DNA of 64,000 nt from Chrysomallon squamiferum (GCA_012295275.1 CM022673.1:14570001-14634000); one strand, 5' to 3'; counted from the first letter of the stretch, positions 27,902 to 42,775 are shown. The notes: generated by a model from the letters alone, not told the origin. Made by a program: numbers and translations.

Positions 27902-30339
27902 AATAAACAAACAAATAAATAAAACAAACACAGAGCAGGCCGCGCCCTGTTTTGAAACACTAAGACAGTCGAACGACCTTTTCTCGCTCTAATTGATTTT
28001 TGTCTGTTTGTGTGACTCGATCACGCGACGTGACAGTCACAATTAGAGCCACTGAGAAAACGCCATGTGTTCGGTCGGCAAGACCACGAGTCAATTAACA
28101 TTCACGCTGACCCGTGGTCAGTGGTCGGCGTGTTCGGCCACGTAGTACAATTGCATGCATTTATTAATAATGAAGTACCAGCAACCAGCGAAGATATATA
28201 TCAACAAAGTTTCTCCCTTTCATGTGGGCGAAAATAAACTAACGCAGGTTATTTTTGTATTGTCGACCGTCGGCGACAAACGTGAAGCAAATTGCGAGAG
28301 TTAATAACACGTGTTTCCACTTGTTATCTTAGCTCAGTTAAGATAAAAGTAACACATTAGCAGTCACCGGTTTCCGTGTAATAATGCTAAACACATATGT
28401 ATGATAAACAACATAACACACAGAACATATTTACCGTCACTTAATTGTAGTTAATCATGCCAGACGTAAATCTATTAACGTTTATCGCCGCTAAATAAAC
28501 CCAGACTCGTATTACTGGGGTCGTCGTTAAACAGCCGCGCCATGTTTTCTACTCACAGTGCGTTCTAGCACACACTCTTCTTAATTAATTTTAATGTTGG
28601 CTTATCGCTGTTCGGCGATCTTAATGACTTTTTACATCGATGATCATAAAAAAAACATTGTGTGTTGTCATTATTATTTTGTAAAAACATTCGAGTAAAT
28701 TCTGTGTTCTCTACAAACTTCGTTTAAATAAAAAAAAAAAAAAAAAATTAAATTGAAAAAAAATACACTAGACATGAAGAACTGTTTTTCACGTAATAAA
28801 TCTATTTTCGTTAAAAACAGTTTAAAATAAATACCTGTAACAATGTACTGAGACAACTCTGCAGGTAAATTGTTCTTTACAAAACCTTTAAAAAAGTGTT
28901 GTTTAAATGTGGTAGAACTGTGTACGATACTGTTAATAGCTTCTGTTAACAATGAATTGATATTTGTTCAAAGCGGTCACATAAAATCGTGTACTAGTGT
29001 GTGAAACAGTAACATACTGCTGAAACAGATAATAATTCTACAACACGTAATCATGGAAACGGTCGTCACGAAAGTTTGGGGTATTCTATTTTAGTATAAT
29101 TATTTAAATTGCATTCATGAACAGTTTGTACTTTGAGCTGATTTACATTTAACGCTTATTTCTCTTTATCACTTTGATATCGCAGTTTACTGCAAATTCT
29201 CCTTCTTATGGCTGCACCTGCGTCTGTATTAAAAAAAGTAAAAAAAGTAAAAAAATAAAACAGAAACCTCAATACACTGAAAAACACCTGCACGCCAGTT
29301 TCTGAAATAAGTCTGATTGGAAGAAACTATATCGTTGACAGAACATGTCACAACAACGTTCCCGAAACCTGAAGCAACTGCGACGACGTGAACATTTAAT
29401 AAGAAAGTACGTCTGGTTTAAAGTGGGTATCTGGTGATGGTGTGAACAACGACACCAGCAGCATAAACTACAAGTACGATGACACTAAATGTACGCAGTA
29501 TATTCCTGAAAAAAAAAAAATAAAAATAATAAAAGACGTACATGGCAGGACAAAGTCAGTCAAGAAAATTACTACAGATTCGATATCAGCTGCAAAACAA
29601 GACACCACAACTGTTAGGCAACAAACTGACCATGACAACATGGTTGGTATGGATCACAGTTTAATTGTAGACGACTACATCAACACCAAAAGCAAATGCT
29701 ACACCTAATGACGACAACATCACTGAAGAGGTAATGAAAAACATAACGTCAACAGTAACATCATCAACTGCTTAATACCAAACCGATGACGACAACGTCA
29801 CTGAAGACGTAGAAAAATTATAATTTTCATTGTCATGTAAACGAGCTGACAAACAAACCTAAAAACAAAAACCAAACAAAAAAACCAAACAAACAAGATA
29901 TAATCTAAACAACGACGTGGCCTGTACGCACGACATATTCACTGTCTTACAACGGCGACAGTTTAATGCTAGATGTATGAAAGGACAGACAAGAGAAAAG
30001 TCTCTTTGATCGACGTGGACTTGATATGAATGGAAGAGTGTTTAATGACTTATAAATATTTACAAAATATTCATCAGTCCACTTTTAAAAACACGACTTA
30101 GTCGAGGAAAACCTTGCCACGTCCATCGATCTCGTAGTCAGCTTTCAAAACGCGATATTCTTCTTCTGCCTCGTTCTCTAGTTTATTCCTCTCTTCGCTC
30201 CTTCCTTCCATCAGTTGGTACCGACTTTAACCTGTCCTTTTGTTCATTTTACACATTTCTCTATAGTTGTCTGATTTTCATTTTCTAACTTCAGTCTACG
30301 CTGTAGTACTTTCTCTAAGAGTCTCTGTATCAGTTTCTC

Positions 30340-30755
30340 TATGAATCTAAGTGAGTCTGTGTATTAACCTCTCTGTGAGTTTATATTTTCTCTGTGAGTC
30401 TATATTAACTTCTGTGAGTCTGTATACTAAATTTTCTGTGATTCTGTATATTAATTTCTCTATGAGCCTACATTAATTTCTCTGTGAATTTATGTATTAA
30501 CTTCTCTGTGAGTTTATATTAACTTCTCAGTGAGTCTCTGTATTAATTTATCTGTGAGTCTCTGTATTAACTTATCTATGAGTCTGTATTAACTTCTCTG
30601 TGAGTCTGTATATTAACTTATCTATGAGTCTATATTAACCTCTCTGTGAGTCTGTATATTAACTTATCTATGAGTCTATATTAACTTATCTATGAGTCTC
30701 TATATTAACTTATCTATGAGTCTATATTAACTTATCTATGAGTCTCTATATTAAG
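30340..30755. repeat. ~22-24-bp minisatellite
   Basis: Recurring attaactt(a/c)tct(a/g)tgagtct(g/a)t. Confidence 0.9.
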
Positions 30756-31904
30756 TTCATCATTAACCCGACGTAATGAACGTATCAGTGAGTATGCTGC
30801 ACTCATTAACCTCTCTCACAGAATCAAGTATTTGTATTGTCATAATTCTGACACTGACTTGTGTGTTAATTGCTGAACGTGTCAGCTCTGTGAGCGAGGC
30901 AGACAATAACTGTAAACTAGTTTACAGTCGTCGTGTCGACTTTTTGCATCCTGTTGACTGAAAATAAACATTAACAGACTGCGTTTTACGACCTGCTCCT
31001 TCACAATGCTTGAAAATAATTAGGAAATTTATATAAATTTAACGATTAGTTATTCACAAATAACCTAACGATGTAATAAGTAACATTTTACAGTGTGTGG
31101 TCAAACTTAGTTTGATTTACATCACTAATGTAAATAGATAATAAATGAAAATAATACAAGTAATACTTATAAATAATAATGTAAAATCAGTATTAGTAGT
31201 AATATACCTAAGTAATGTAAATGTAATATTAGTAATATTTATATAAATAATATAAAAAAACATTATTAGTAATATTTATGTAAATAAAGGCAATATTATT
31301 AATATTTACATGAATAATGTAAAACTAATACTACAAATATTTACTTTGTTATCTTCATTATCAAATCCTTTAAACATAACAATTACATGAAAACACACAC
31401 ACATACACAAAAGTGAGTTTTATCTTTTGTTTTAGTTTTCTTTTATATGTTTATTCTTCTTTTTTTTTTTTTTTTTTTTTTTTTTTTCTCTCACTTTTCT
31501 AGGACATAAATCATGAGAATTAAATTAAAACTTTTTTTAATTTTAATTTTTTTCTACGTGTTTTGATTATGTGAAATAACGTCATCAGTCATGCAGGTAG
31601 AGAGATATGTTGCTTCATTCAGAACTGATTACATCAAGTAATCACCATAAAAAAACTGTTTTTGTATTGACTTTTACAAAACTTATTAACACGCGTGTTT
31701 ACTTTGATGTAAAAAAGCACATTTTTAATACAGCAAGCTAGACTCACACGTGACAGTAAAACAGAGAATAACGTACGAGCTAAACAACAGCGACTTGGAC
31801 GTGCAAATAAACAAACACAGCCAGTGAGAAGAAGAGATCCATTAAACCTTGGCGCCCCAAGCGAACACTATATCATGATCATCGTCACAGTCGTTGTCGT
31901 CGTC

Positions 31905-31969
<65 letters not shown>

Positions 31970-34900
31970 CATAGTATATTACTACGAAAGAATTATCTAA
32001 AATTTCTTTTCTGTTGAGTATATTTGAGGACCAGTTCTCTGTTACAGTTAAGTTCAGCGTTTACGTGTATGGACACGATTGAAAACCGGGATATCAGTTA
32101 GAATTATTATGTATTCATTTACATCACAGAAAACTCATTGAAATCTAACTTTTATATTACCACTGTTGTCTTGAAGTAACTTTCTTTCAACATGTTACAT
32201 GTGTATTTCTGAACGTTTGTTTCAGTGTTTTGTCTTTTGGCTCCGTTATATTCACAAAAACGTATACTTGATTTTAGGCCAGTTGTATACCCAACTCATA
32301 CTAGAATATTAATCATAAAATAATACGATAGCAATCTTTCGTATTTTTTTTTTTTTTTGACAAAAGTTCTCTTTCCTCTGTTCTACGCACTGTTTTCACT
32401 TTGATTTGGCTTAATATTTATTTATTTCTTCATCATCCCAAACAGTGTCGTTTTTTTCCGTTTTCAAACATGGCGGCCGAGTTGTAACTGCTGCGTGTTA
32501 GAACAGACGAGTCTGTAATCTGTGTAATGAATCCGTGATTAGCGGTCAGGTCAGTTTTAACTGGATTCGCTGCTAGCTGTCAATATTTATTGATAAATTC
32601 TTATCTCCAAATGACCTGACAATTAAAACATGCTCCCACGACGAGGCTCACGGATAGTGCACACTGAAACCACGCCTGCGTCACCTGTTACTCACTTCCT
32701 GTCACATTTTATTTCGTTTTGCACTTCCCTCCAGTTTGGTAGCGCATCACGATTGGTTTTCTTCTTTATGTATTTATTATTTTTGTCTTTATGATAAATT
32801 GTTTTAAGAAAATGATCGAAAGTATCTGACTAAAATTTAGTTCAAAAAAATCTCTTAGATGTAATGTATTTTTTGAATATATATATATATATATATTCTG
32901 TTCGTTGTGATAGTATTGTTCATCATTTGTTTTCTATGTTAAATACGTGAAAACAACAGCAGCAACAACATCAAAAACAACACTAGTAATAATAACAGCA
33001 GCAGTGACAGTATAACTTCAGAAACATCAACAGCAACAACTAAACATCAATAACAACATCAGTAATATCAAGAAAAGATAATAAAAAATCTACAACGAAC
33101 ACAACTGTAATAAAAATAGCAGTAGTCTTTTGTTGTGTAACATTTACTAACGTTATATCTGTGTTGACTGGTTTTTAAAACAGTTTTAGACAACAGTTTC
33201 AGTATTTATAAACGTATCTAGAACAATGACTAAAGCACGCCAGTTCTGGGCCGTATTCTCTGCAGCAGAGAGAGAGAGAGAGTCTTCTTCGAACGTGTGT
33301 GTGATTAATTAGTTGTGATAATTTGTTTTCTTGCTCCGCGTCCCCCAGAGAGAGCAGCGGTGGATTCACATTGAACGTAATTTGAAAACGAAGACGCTGT
33401 CTGCCGTGCAGGTCCCACGCACGCTAAATCATGCACGCTCGTCAGTGAAAAATGTACTGATTCCACGCTGGGAGTTCGCGCTCCTTCGTCTTGGCAGATA
33501 CAAACACACCGCAGTTTACCAGTCAATGGTTGATTTAAGTGCACAGTCAATTCAGAAGTCATGACGTACAATGTCGAATGCAGCTTTTTAATTGCTTTAA
33601 AATAGACTGGTATTCTTAATCTGTTTTAATATATGCATGGGTGTGTGTGTGTGTGTGTATTAATTACATTAAAATACACAGGTATATTTGTTCGATTTTT
33701 ATATATATTTTAATTACTTTATAATACAGTTATACTTTACGTTTTACTGTATATTCTATTACTTTAAAATACAGTTACATTTAGTCTCTTTTAATATATA
33801 TTTAATTACATTAAAATACAGTTATAATTAATATAATATAATATAATATATATTTTAATTTCTTTATAATATATAGTTATACATACTCTAATCTATCTGT
33901 TTCACTTCTCATCAGTATAAGAATACAGTTTAAGTTAATAAATATTTTCAGTTTTCCTTCATTAATATAAATAGCTTATTTTATTACGAGGATAAATTTG
34001 GTCTTTTTAATGTTTTGTTTTAAATCACAATGTGAAGAACTAGTTATTCAGTTTGTTTCTTTTAATTAAATAATTTCTTTTTAAATGATAATCACAGTAG
34101 TTTGTGTATCTCTGTCCGTGTGTGTTTGTTTGTTTTTTTTATTTATTTATTTATTTTGATACTTTCTGTTACTTACGACATTGTGTAATCACACAATGAA
34201 TGTTAATTATAGCCGCTGTGTTTTGTATTGTGGAAAATGTTCTGCTTGGTTCTGTGTTATAAAAAGACTACCGCTGATTGAGTGGACGTTTCTCTGTTTA
34301 TAGTTTGGTGCTTGTTACACTACGCACCTCGAATGAATACCAAGGCTCTCAGCAGCGCATGCGCATCAGGCACCTCCCCAAAGACACGGTATGCTTCGCT
34401 ATCTAAATAACGATTTTGAAAAATGCTATTTTCTCAAAGACAATAACAAGATTCGTCTCATAAACACACACAGAGCGGCTTCAACGATTCAGTCAATCAG
34501 CAGCGAAGGAAATTGTCAAAATGATGAAATATTGCTGTGATGACAAATATACAAAACTGTTTATCTTCGTTTTCTGCCAGTGAGACACAGAAACCGATAA
34601 CTGTTTGTGTTGGTGAGATGAAAGAAAACAAACAGAGAAAGGTGTATGGCGATATGTCAGAGAATAACAAAAAGGATGTTGCCCTCAAAAAAAAAAAAAA
34701 AAATCGTATTTTTTCTTTTTTTTTTTTTTTTTTTTTCATTCTTTGTTGCAAATGTGTTAAGTCTAAAAAGAGGTGACAGTGTGTGAAAGTTTGACGATGC
34801 AGCACACACGTCCTCCACGTCGTCGTGGTTCATTTAAAATAAATCGTGTTAACTAATAAAAATAAAAATTTAAGACTTTTTTTTTGGAGGGTTTTATTCT

Positions 34901-35019
34901 CTCTTTTTTTTTTTTTTTTTTTTTTTTTTGTTGGAGCGCGTTTGTGTATGTGTATGTTTGTTTGTATACGTGTGTTTGTGTATGTATATATTTATGTTTG
35001 TGTTTGTGTGTGTATATAT

Positions 35020-35341
35020 CTGTGTTGAAACTATCTCTTTGTATATAACTATAAGCAGTTTTAAATGTTTTAGTCATATAATATATCTCTCCGTGTATTG
35101 GTATATAACTTTTTACAAAGATTTCTCTGTGGTGATAATATAATGTTTTACAAATAATTGTCTATGTTTGTATTGATATATAACGTTCTACGTTTTTTCT
35201 GTGTATTGATATATAACGTTTTACAAAGATTTCTGTGTTTGTAGATAACGTTTTTCAAAAAAATGTCTCATATGTGTTGTTATTTTAACGTCTTACAAAT
35301 ATTTCTCTATCTCTGTGTTGGTATATAACATTCTAAGATTT

Positions 35342-35385
<44 letters not shown>

Positions 35386-35480
35386 AGTCTGAATTATAAA
35401 GTTATACAAAGCTTTCTGCGTGTGGGTTGATGTGTAACGTTTTATAAAGCTTTCTGTATCTGGAGTGAAAACGTTTCTAC
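35020..35480. repeat. Degenerate ~35-bp minisatellite directly upstream of the putative promoter
   Basis: Recurring ttctctgtgt(a)ttg(g/a)tatataacgttttacaaag. Confidence 0.7.
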
Positions 35481-35526
35481 CAATATCTCTCCCGACTCGT
35501 GATCGGCAGAACATCGAGAGAAGCAA

Positions 35527-35981
35527 TCGCTCGCTCGCTCGCTCGCTCGCTCGTCAGTCGGAGAGCGAGTTGGACGTTTGCTTCAGAAGCGCAGATCGAA
35601 CATGTCGCATTCTGGAGTACTCTTTCTCAGCAATCACTTCACGAGCCTAGCGGACGTTTGGGCGTGAAGACTGGTGCGTTCTTCTGTGCGTTCAAAACTG
35701 ATTATCAAGTGCTTTGTTCTTGTGCGTAAAGCGGTCTTACACATTTGCTGGTCCAGCGATATTCGCTGAGTTTAAATGTTTGTGTGTGTTAACTGTTATG
35801 CCGTGTTTTACTGTGTTGCACCCTGTTATACAGTGTAGTTATTAACTGAGTTTTACTCTGGAATTATTCGAATCTCACCTGTGTGCGTGTGTGGATAAAT
35901 TCGTCTTACTGAAAGACTGTTCATCCGGACACCGTAGATTTCATGTCTCTGCAAACCTTTGACTTACAAACGTGTTTAAGG
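35527..35981 (+). promoter_or_regulatory. Putative core promoter and first non-coding exon of the 5-HT1 gene
   Basis: CpG-rich island with (TCGC)n run at 35527-35553, Initiator-like TCAGTC (A at 35556), downstream GGACGT motifs (35572, 35652), and donor-like AAGG|GTAGGT (GT at 35982) followed by an abrupt T-rich intron-like stretch. Linkage to the CDS is inferred. Confidence 0.5.
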
Positions 35982-36859
35982 GTAGGTGTTGTATTCAGAA
36001 CACTTTTGTTTACATTTTTACATTAGCCATACAACGTTAATGTATTTTTTTTTGTTTGTTTTTTTGTTTTCTGTTTTATTATTTCTTGTATTTTTGTATT
36101 ACTTATTCTTATTTTATGATATAATTTTGAGTATTTAATACGAATTTATTTTACACACTCAGTTTCATAATGCTGGCTAGGAATCTGTCATCCGAAATAC
36201 TTGTGTGTGGAAGAGTTATGGATTTCAGAATGTTTCAGATTTTAGAATATAAGGAGAAAGCCTGATTATAAGATTTGAGTCTAAATACAAATTCATTTTA
36301 TATTTCACATACAGTTTATATTGTATTTTATATATGACGTTTTAAACAACTTTGTGTTTGTGAACTTTAGACCATCAGAAAACTAACATTTATCACTGTT
36401 TGAAAAATGTTTCTGATTTCGCAGTTTATTCTGATTTTGAATTTATGGTAACCCGTCTTCAAACCAGCGTTGAGTATATTTACATCTACTAATTATATTT
36501 CTTAATTAGTACACTCGCATACAAAACTAAAAAAAAATTTATAAAACAAAGATTAAGAAATAATTTTAAACATTTTTGTGTAAATCATTTATTTGCCAAC
36601 ATTATTTAGTAGTCGTATTGCTGCAGCTTTGTTATAAATTTGCCGTTTTAAATGTACAGCTTATAAAAAGCCATATATATATATATATATGGTTATATGG
36701 AATTGTCTGTTTATCTCTCTGAATCTTATTTATATATGTCTCTATTTATCTACCTTCCTGTCTGGGTCCCTTTGCGCCCTTCTCTCAATCTATCTGTCTT
36801 CTGTCTGTCCATCTATCATTCCATTTATTTTAATTTTAAACTATTTTTTTTTAGATTAT

Positions 36860-37026
36860 TTACTTATTTACTTACTTACTTATTTGTTTAACTTTATTTA
36901 TTTATTTATTTATTTATTTATTTGTTTGTTTGTACTAAACATTCCTGAATTATATGGACTGCAGATAGAAATTGCTCCATTGCTAAAACATTTATATTTG
37001 TTATGCAAAATCGTTCTTTATTTAAT

Positions 37027-37057
<31 letters not shown>

Positions 37058-37414
37058 TTATTATTTATTTATTTATTTATTTTTATTATTTATTTATTTA
37101 TTATTATTATTTATTTATTTATTTTTAGTATTATTTATTTATTTATTTTATTTTATTTTTTTAATTTTAATTTTTTTTTAATTTTCTTTATTTAGTTTTA
37201 ATTACTGGTTTTCGATATTTTGATATCATCTAAAATGAGTCAGAAGAAATATCAAGAGAACTGCATATTTTATTCATCAAAATACCAAGTTAAACGAATC
37301 CATTTGAAAGCATAATTACAGAAGTAACTTAAACCAAATTTCATTACAAAAACAAACATCAATGTGTCAGTGCCAATTATTATTTTTTTCTTATTTTTAT
37401 TTATTTAAATTTTT

Positions 37415-37470
<56 letters not shown>

Positions 37471-37625
37471 TTTTTTTTTTATTATTTATTTATTTTTTAT
37501 TTATTTATTTATTTATTTTTTTTATTTATTTATTATTTATTTATTTTTTTATTTATTTATTTATTTATTATTTATTTATTTTTATTTATTTATTTATTAA
37601 TTTTAATTTTTATTTTTTATTTTTT
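36860..37625. repeat. (ATTT)n low-complexity tracts
   Basis: Long T-rich tttattta runs interrupted by the 37242-37372 repeat. Confidence 0.9.
37242..37372 (+). repeat. Diverged direct repeat, copy 1 (~130 bp)
   Basis: Shares atcaaaataccaagttaaacgaatc and ttcattacaaaaacaaacat with 38744-38875. Confidence 0.88.
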
Positions 37626-37964
37626 TCCATTTACATATGCTAATTTGAATGTTATTGAACAGAAAGAACAATGTAATCAAGTTTTTGTTTTATGATGTGA
37701 CTGAAATCATTGATCGTGTCACAGACAGGCGGAAATATGGACGGAGCAACATGTGTTGACTAACTCAGGTTAGATTAAATTCTACATAAAATATGATGGT
37801 AACTACAACTGACCTTCTGTCGCCGCCAGTCACGACGTCAACATGATGACGTGATAGGGTAATATTAGTAAGTCGTGCGGAACGGTGAGGTGTGGTGGGT
37901 GTACTGGAGGGTGGCAGCGGGTGCTTTGGAAACAGGGTGTAGCTTTTCTGTTATGTTCATTTAC

Positions 37965-38009
<45 letters not shown>

Positions 38010-38088
38010 AAACAATTTAAGTTCGTTGATGTTTATTTATTGGTATGTTTAAACATTATGTACACATTTTCGTCTGCAGTATCACCGT

Positions 38089-38433
38089 TGTGTTTTGTAA
38101 CTGTACAAAGAAACTCGTTAAAGAAACACATCTCTGATCTTCAAACCTACTTTTACGTTTGTCTTTTTCCTGTGAACTGTGGTTTGTGTGTGTATGTGTG
38201 TGCGTGTGTGTGCGTGTGTGTGTTTTTCTTCTGTTTGTAGTTTTTGTTTCTTGTTGTGTTTTTTATCACAAACTGTCTGATAAATGACCAAACACGAGGG
38301 CCGCACTGGGACTGGAGGAGCAAAAAGCGAATAAATCGATATCTGATTACGACATTATGTTTACAACGCTGACACATCTTAATCCCATACATTTCTTTCA
38401 TTTATGAATATTGCATTGAGGAGTCTTTTCACA
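38089..38433 (+). repeat. Left arm of a ~345-bp near-perfect inverted repeat
   Basis: Reverse complement of 42431-42775. The ORF track shows the same peptide MKEMYGIKMCQRCKHNVVIRYRFIRFLLLQSQCGPRVWSF on opposite strands. Confidence 0.95.
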
Positions 38434-38681
38434 GTACACCTAAGTTTTCCGTTTTTTCAGCACTCGCCTTTAGTGAGGTTCAGCTAAAACGTCGCTTTGT
38501 AACATGATTATTCAGGTTTCCGCAATCACTTTAAATTCGCGTGTCATTCTTTTATAAATCAGGCCACAGGGCAAACCTACCAGTAATCAAAAGGTGGGAG
38601 TTCTTGGTTTGTTAAATATAACAATAATATAACGTTAAATAAAGGTTTTTCTAACCTGAATAATTACAGACTTTGAATTCT

Positions 38682-38741
<60 letters not shown>

Positions 38742-38743
38742 GA

Positions 38744-38875
38744 AGAAGAAATACCAAGACAACTGCATGTTTTATTAATCAAAATACCAAGTTAAACGAA
38801 TCTATTTGTAAGCACAATTATAGAAGATAACGTAAACCAAACTTCATTACAAAAACAAACATTAATATGTCACTG
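38744..38875 (+). repeat. Diverged direct repeat, copy 2
   Basis: Colinear with 37242-37372 with scattered substitutions. Preceded by an (AAT)n tract. Confidence 0.88.
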
Positions 38876-38934
38876 ATGCAATATATTTATTTCGATAAAC
38901 TATTTATTATTAACATACATATATGCTGGCACAC

Positions 38935-38982
<48 letters not shown>

Positions 38983-39549
38983 CCACACACACACACACTG
39001 TTCAAAGTTACCTTTTTTGCAACGGCTTTGTATTGAAAATTAACAAACAAATTATTTTATTTGAGAACTATTTTGCTTTGATATGTATGCAAAAACAAAT
39101 TCAATACGTTTATACTTACTACTGTCTGCAGTGGTGGCTTCAGAAATAAAACAATTTATTTTAATTTTTGTTTTATTTAGGATTGCAGGGTAAAAGAAAT
39201 AATAGGAGACACACACACCACAGACACATATATCTACATACACATACAATTATATCCACCCAAAAACATACACATCACATACACAGACAAGCAAACACCA
39301 ACACATCCACACACACACATATCATATATTATAAGTATGAACTGTACATAAGCATGTGACTGTGCTGATGTTGTCTATAACATGCAATCTACTCCACACA
39401 CAGAGCCAATTACTGTTACATGGGAGAGATAGCATCTTGTTAAAACTGCTCTGTAATTTCCACTCACAAACATCGCGTCGTCCTCAAAGTGCGGGTTTAG
39501 AGACGTCTTCTTAATGGGCAGAAAAATATAGTAAATTGAGAAGAAAAAA

Positions 39550-39666
<117 letters not shown>

Positions 39667-40059
39667 ATTTAAATATACGATATTTATTATATATTTTTCC
39701 CCTTTCAAGTTATATAAAAACAAATTACAAGTGACAGACCTAGAGTGTGTTGTTATATTGGAAATATCAAATATCGAAAATTTCTGAATAGCGTGTGTAA
39801 TACTGGAAGTGTCAATATAGGAAATCGTAAATAGCATTCTGTTTGAGAAATGTGAATAAAGAAAAATTATAAATACTGTGTTTCATCAGAAATCTTGTAA
39901 ATATCTTCTATAGTACTATTTATACAGACATTTAAAAAAAAAAATAGTATCTTATATTGAAAACGTAGGAAATTTATAATGCACCTAAATAACATATTGT
40001 GAATATTTCGTATTGTTTTGGAATATGAATCACGTATGGTATTACAAGGTTGTTTTGTG

Positions 40060-40310
40060 AAGTTGTAAATCACGTATTTGCATTGTAAACTCGTTAATCA
40101 TGTATATTGGAAAGTTGTAAATCATGTACACACCCACACACACACGTATATATATCGAAAAGCTGTAATTCGAATTGTATTGGAAAGTTGTAAATCACGT
40201 ATACTGAAAAGTTGTAAATCACGTACACTGGAAATGCTGTGTGTAACGTGCGTCGTATTAGAAACGCTGGAAGTAACGTGTACAGTATTGGAAAGTTGTA
40301 AATCACGTAT
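40060..40310. repeat. ~23-bp minisatellite
   Basis: Recurring gaaagttgtaaatcacgta. Confidence 0.8.
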
Positions 40311-40589
40311 CGGTATTGGAAACGTAGGGAAGTCGCAGTTAGCGGATCAATGTACTTGCTCCATGTTTTGCCCAGAAGTCGTATAATGAGTGAGGTTTGT
40401 TTTGTACGGGATATGGTAAGCAAGGATGAGTACTGGTATCGATTTATAGCAAAAAGCAATCACTGAATGACACAAATAACAGACATAGCAAAGGAGTGCG
40501 CGGGACGTCATTAATAATGGTCGCTAGATAATGGAACGGATAGTTGACAACTGTAATGGAAACAAAGAAATCAAAGAGAAGGGATATAG

Positions 40590-40930
40590 AGACTATGTAT
40601 ACTTGATAAATAATGGAATACAGTCTATGTATACTTGATAAATGATGAAATACAGACTATGTATACTAGATAAATTATGAAATACAGACTATGTATACTA
40701 GATAAATAATGGAATACAGATTATGTATACTTGATAAATAATGAACTACAGACTATGTATACTTGATAAATAATGATATTCAGACTGCGTATATTTGATA
40801 AATAATGACATACAGATTGCGTATATTTGATAAATAATGAAATACAGACTGCGTATACTTGATAAATAATGAAATAGAAACTGTGTATAGGTGATAAATA
40901 ACAAAAATACAGATATATAATGGAATACAG
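40590..40930. repeat. 32-bp minisatellite, ~10 copies
   Basis: Unit agactatgtatacttgataaataatgaaatac. Confidence 0.92.
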
Positions 40931-41286
40931 GATGGTATGGCACTGAGATGTAAATATGTGGTGTATAATTAACGCTGTAATTGTGGATGTTTAATTACAC
41001 TGATTCAGCTGTTTTGCTGTATTTTATCTTTGTCACCTGCGCGCGCGCGGCTGTGATAGAAAACACTTTAAACTGTTTACTCGTAGACAACGTTCGGGTT
41101 TGGGTAACGGAGCGAAACATTGAGATACGCAAACACATACACACATAACATACAGACACATACACAGACATAGATTCGCAAGCACATACAAATACAGAGA
41201 CACTTACACAGACGTAGATACTCAAATACATACAAACACACCCACACACACACAGACGTACATACGCAACCACATACATACAATCG

Positions 41287-41320
<34 letters not shown>

Positions 41321-41778
41321 CATATATACACTTAGATACGCATATATATATACATACACATATGCAGATATAGACATACATACACATACACAGACATTCA
41401 TATAAGCACACACAAACATGCACAGACATTTAACTACGCAGACATACATACAGACAGTCACACAAGCACCTACATATATATATATTTACATACATAAACT
41501 CGCATTCGACCTGAGTAAGAAAAAAACGATAGTTGAAGAGTGTAACCGGTTATTTCTTTCATCCAACAATCATAAATTATACAAAATCTACTTTAAACTG
41601 TTTTATTTATGAACTAAACCCTCCCGAGAGAAGCAGTTTCATTTGTTAACTTTTAAATGAAAACTGTCTTCGGAATGTTTTTTATGATTTAAACCAGCAT
41701 TTAGACAAGTAGTTTTGAATAAAATATATGCGCGTGTGTGTGTTTGTGTGTTTGGGTGTGTGTTTCTTTGTTTATTTC

Positions 41779-41826
<48 letters not shown>

Positions 41827-42430
41827 TGTGTGAATCAAAATTAAATGCAGTTTCGTCCCCCAAAAGCTATAGTTTTGGTCAGTGCCCGACAATACAGAAA
41901 TTTATCTAGCCGTCATTTGTTGCCACTAAGGACGTGATTAGACTACACACACACACTCACACAATATCATACACATATATACATTTCAAAACGAAATTGT
42001 GCTGATTTTCTGTATTATGCAATTTAATACTTAGTATTATAAATCACTTGGTGTATGTATCACTCGATATAATACTGATATTGCACACGTAAGCACAACG
42101 TTTATATACCACGTTATATAGTATACGATGTATTTATCAGTATTGTATATCCTGCTCAGCACAACTCATTACTTAATCACATACATAGTGTATAAATAAC
42201 CTCTCATCTCTCTCTGTCTGTCTTTTATATCCGTGTATGTGTGTATTTATATGTAAATTTATATATACGTATATAAAATTAAATAGTCATATATGTTTGT
42301 CTGTCTAGCTATGTTTGTTTCAGTCTCTCTTCCTCCATCTTTTTCTGTCTCTCTATAAATTTGTGGAAATTTGTGCAGTTATGAAGAGAAAGAAACCTGA
42401 AAAAAAAATATTCTCTAACAACTTCTGTTG

Positions 42431-42639
42431 TGTGAAAAGACTCCTCAATGCAATATTCATAAATGAAAGAAATGTACGGGATTAAGATGTGTCAGCGTTG
42501 TAAACATAATGTCGTAATCAGATATCGATTTATTCGCTTTTTGCTCCTCCAGTCCCAGTGCGGCCCTCGTGTTTGGTCATTTGTCAGACAGTTTGGTGAT
42601 AAAAAAACACAACAAGAAACAAAAACTACAAACAGAAGA

Positions 42640-42684
<45 letters not shown>

Positions 42685-42775
42685 CACAGTTCACAAGAAA
42701 AAGACAAACGTAAAAGTAGGTTTGAAGATCAGAGATGTTTCTTTAACGAGTTTCTTTGTACAGTTACAAAACACA
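42431..42775 (-). repeat. Right arm of the ~345-bp inverted repeat
   Basis: tgtgaaaagactcctcaatgcaatattcataaatg...cagttacaaaacaca pairs with 38089-38433 with only a few substitutions and small indels. Confidence 0.95.

Noticed and set aside
29442-29708. 88-aa ORF MNNDTSSINYKYDD…
   Set aside because: GTG start, compositionally biased ACA/ACG-rich DNA, no domain or splice support.
36689-37643. Hydrophobic membrane-protein-like ORFs (168 and 93 aa)
   Set aside because: Translations of (ATTT)n low-complexity DNA.
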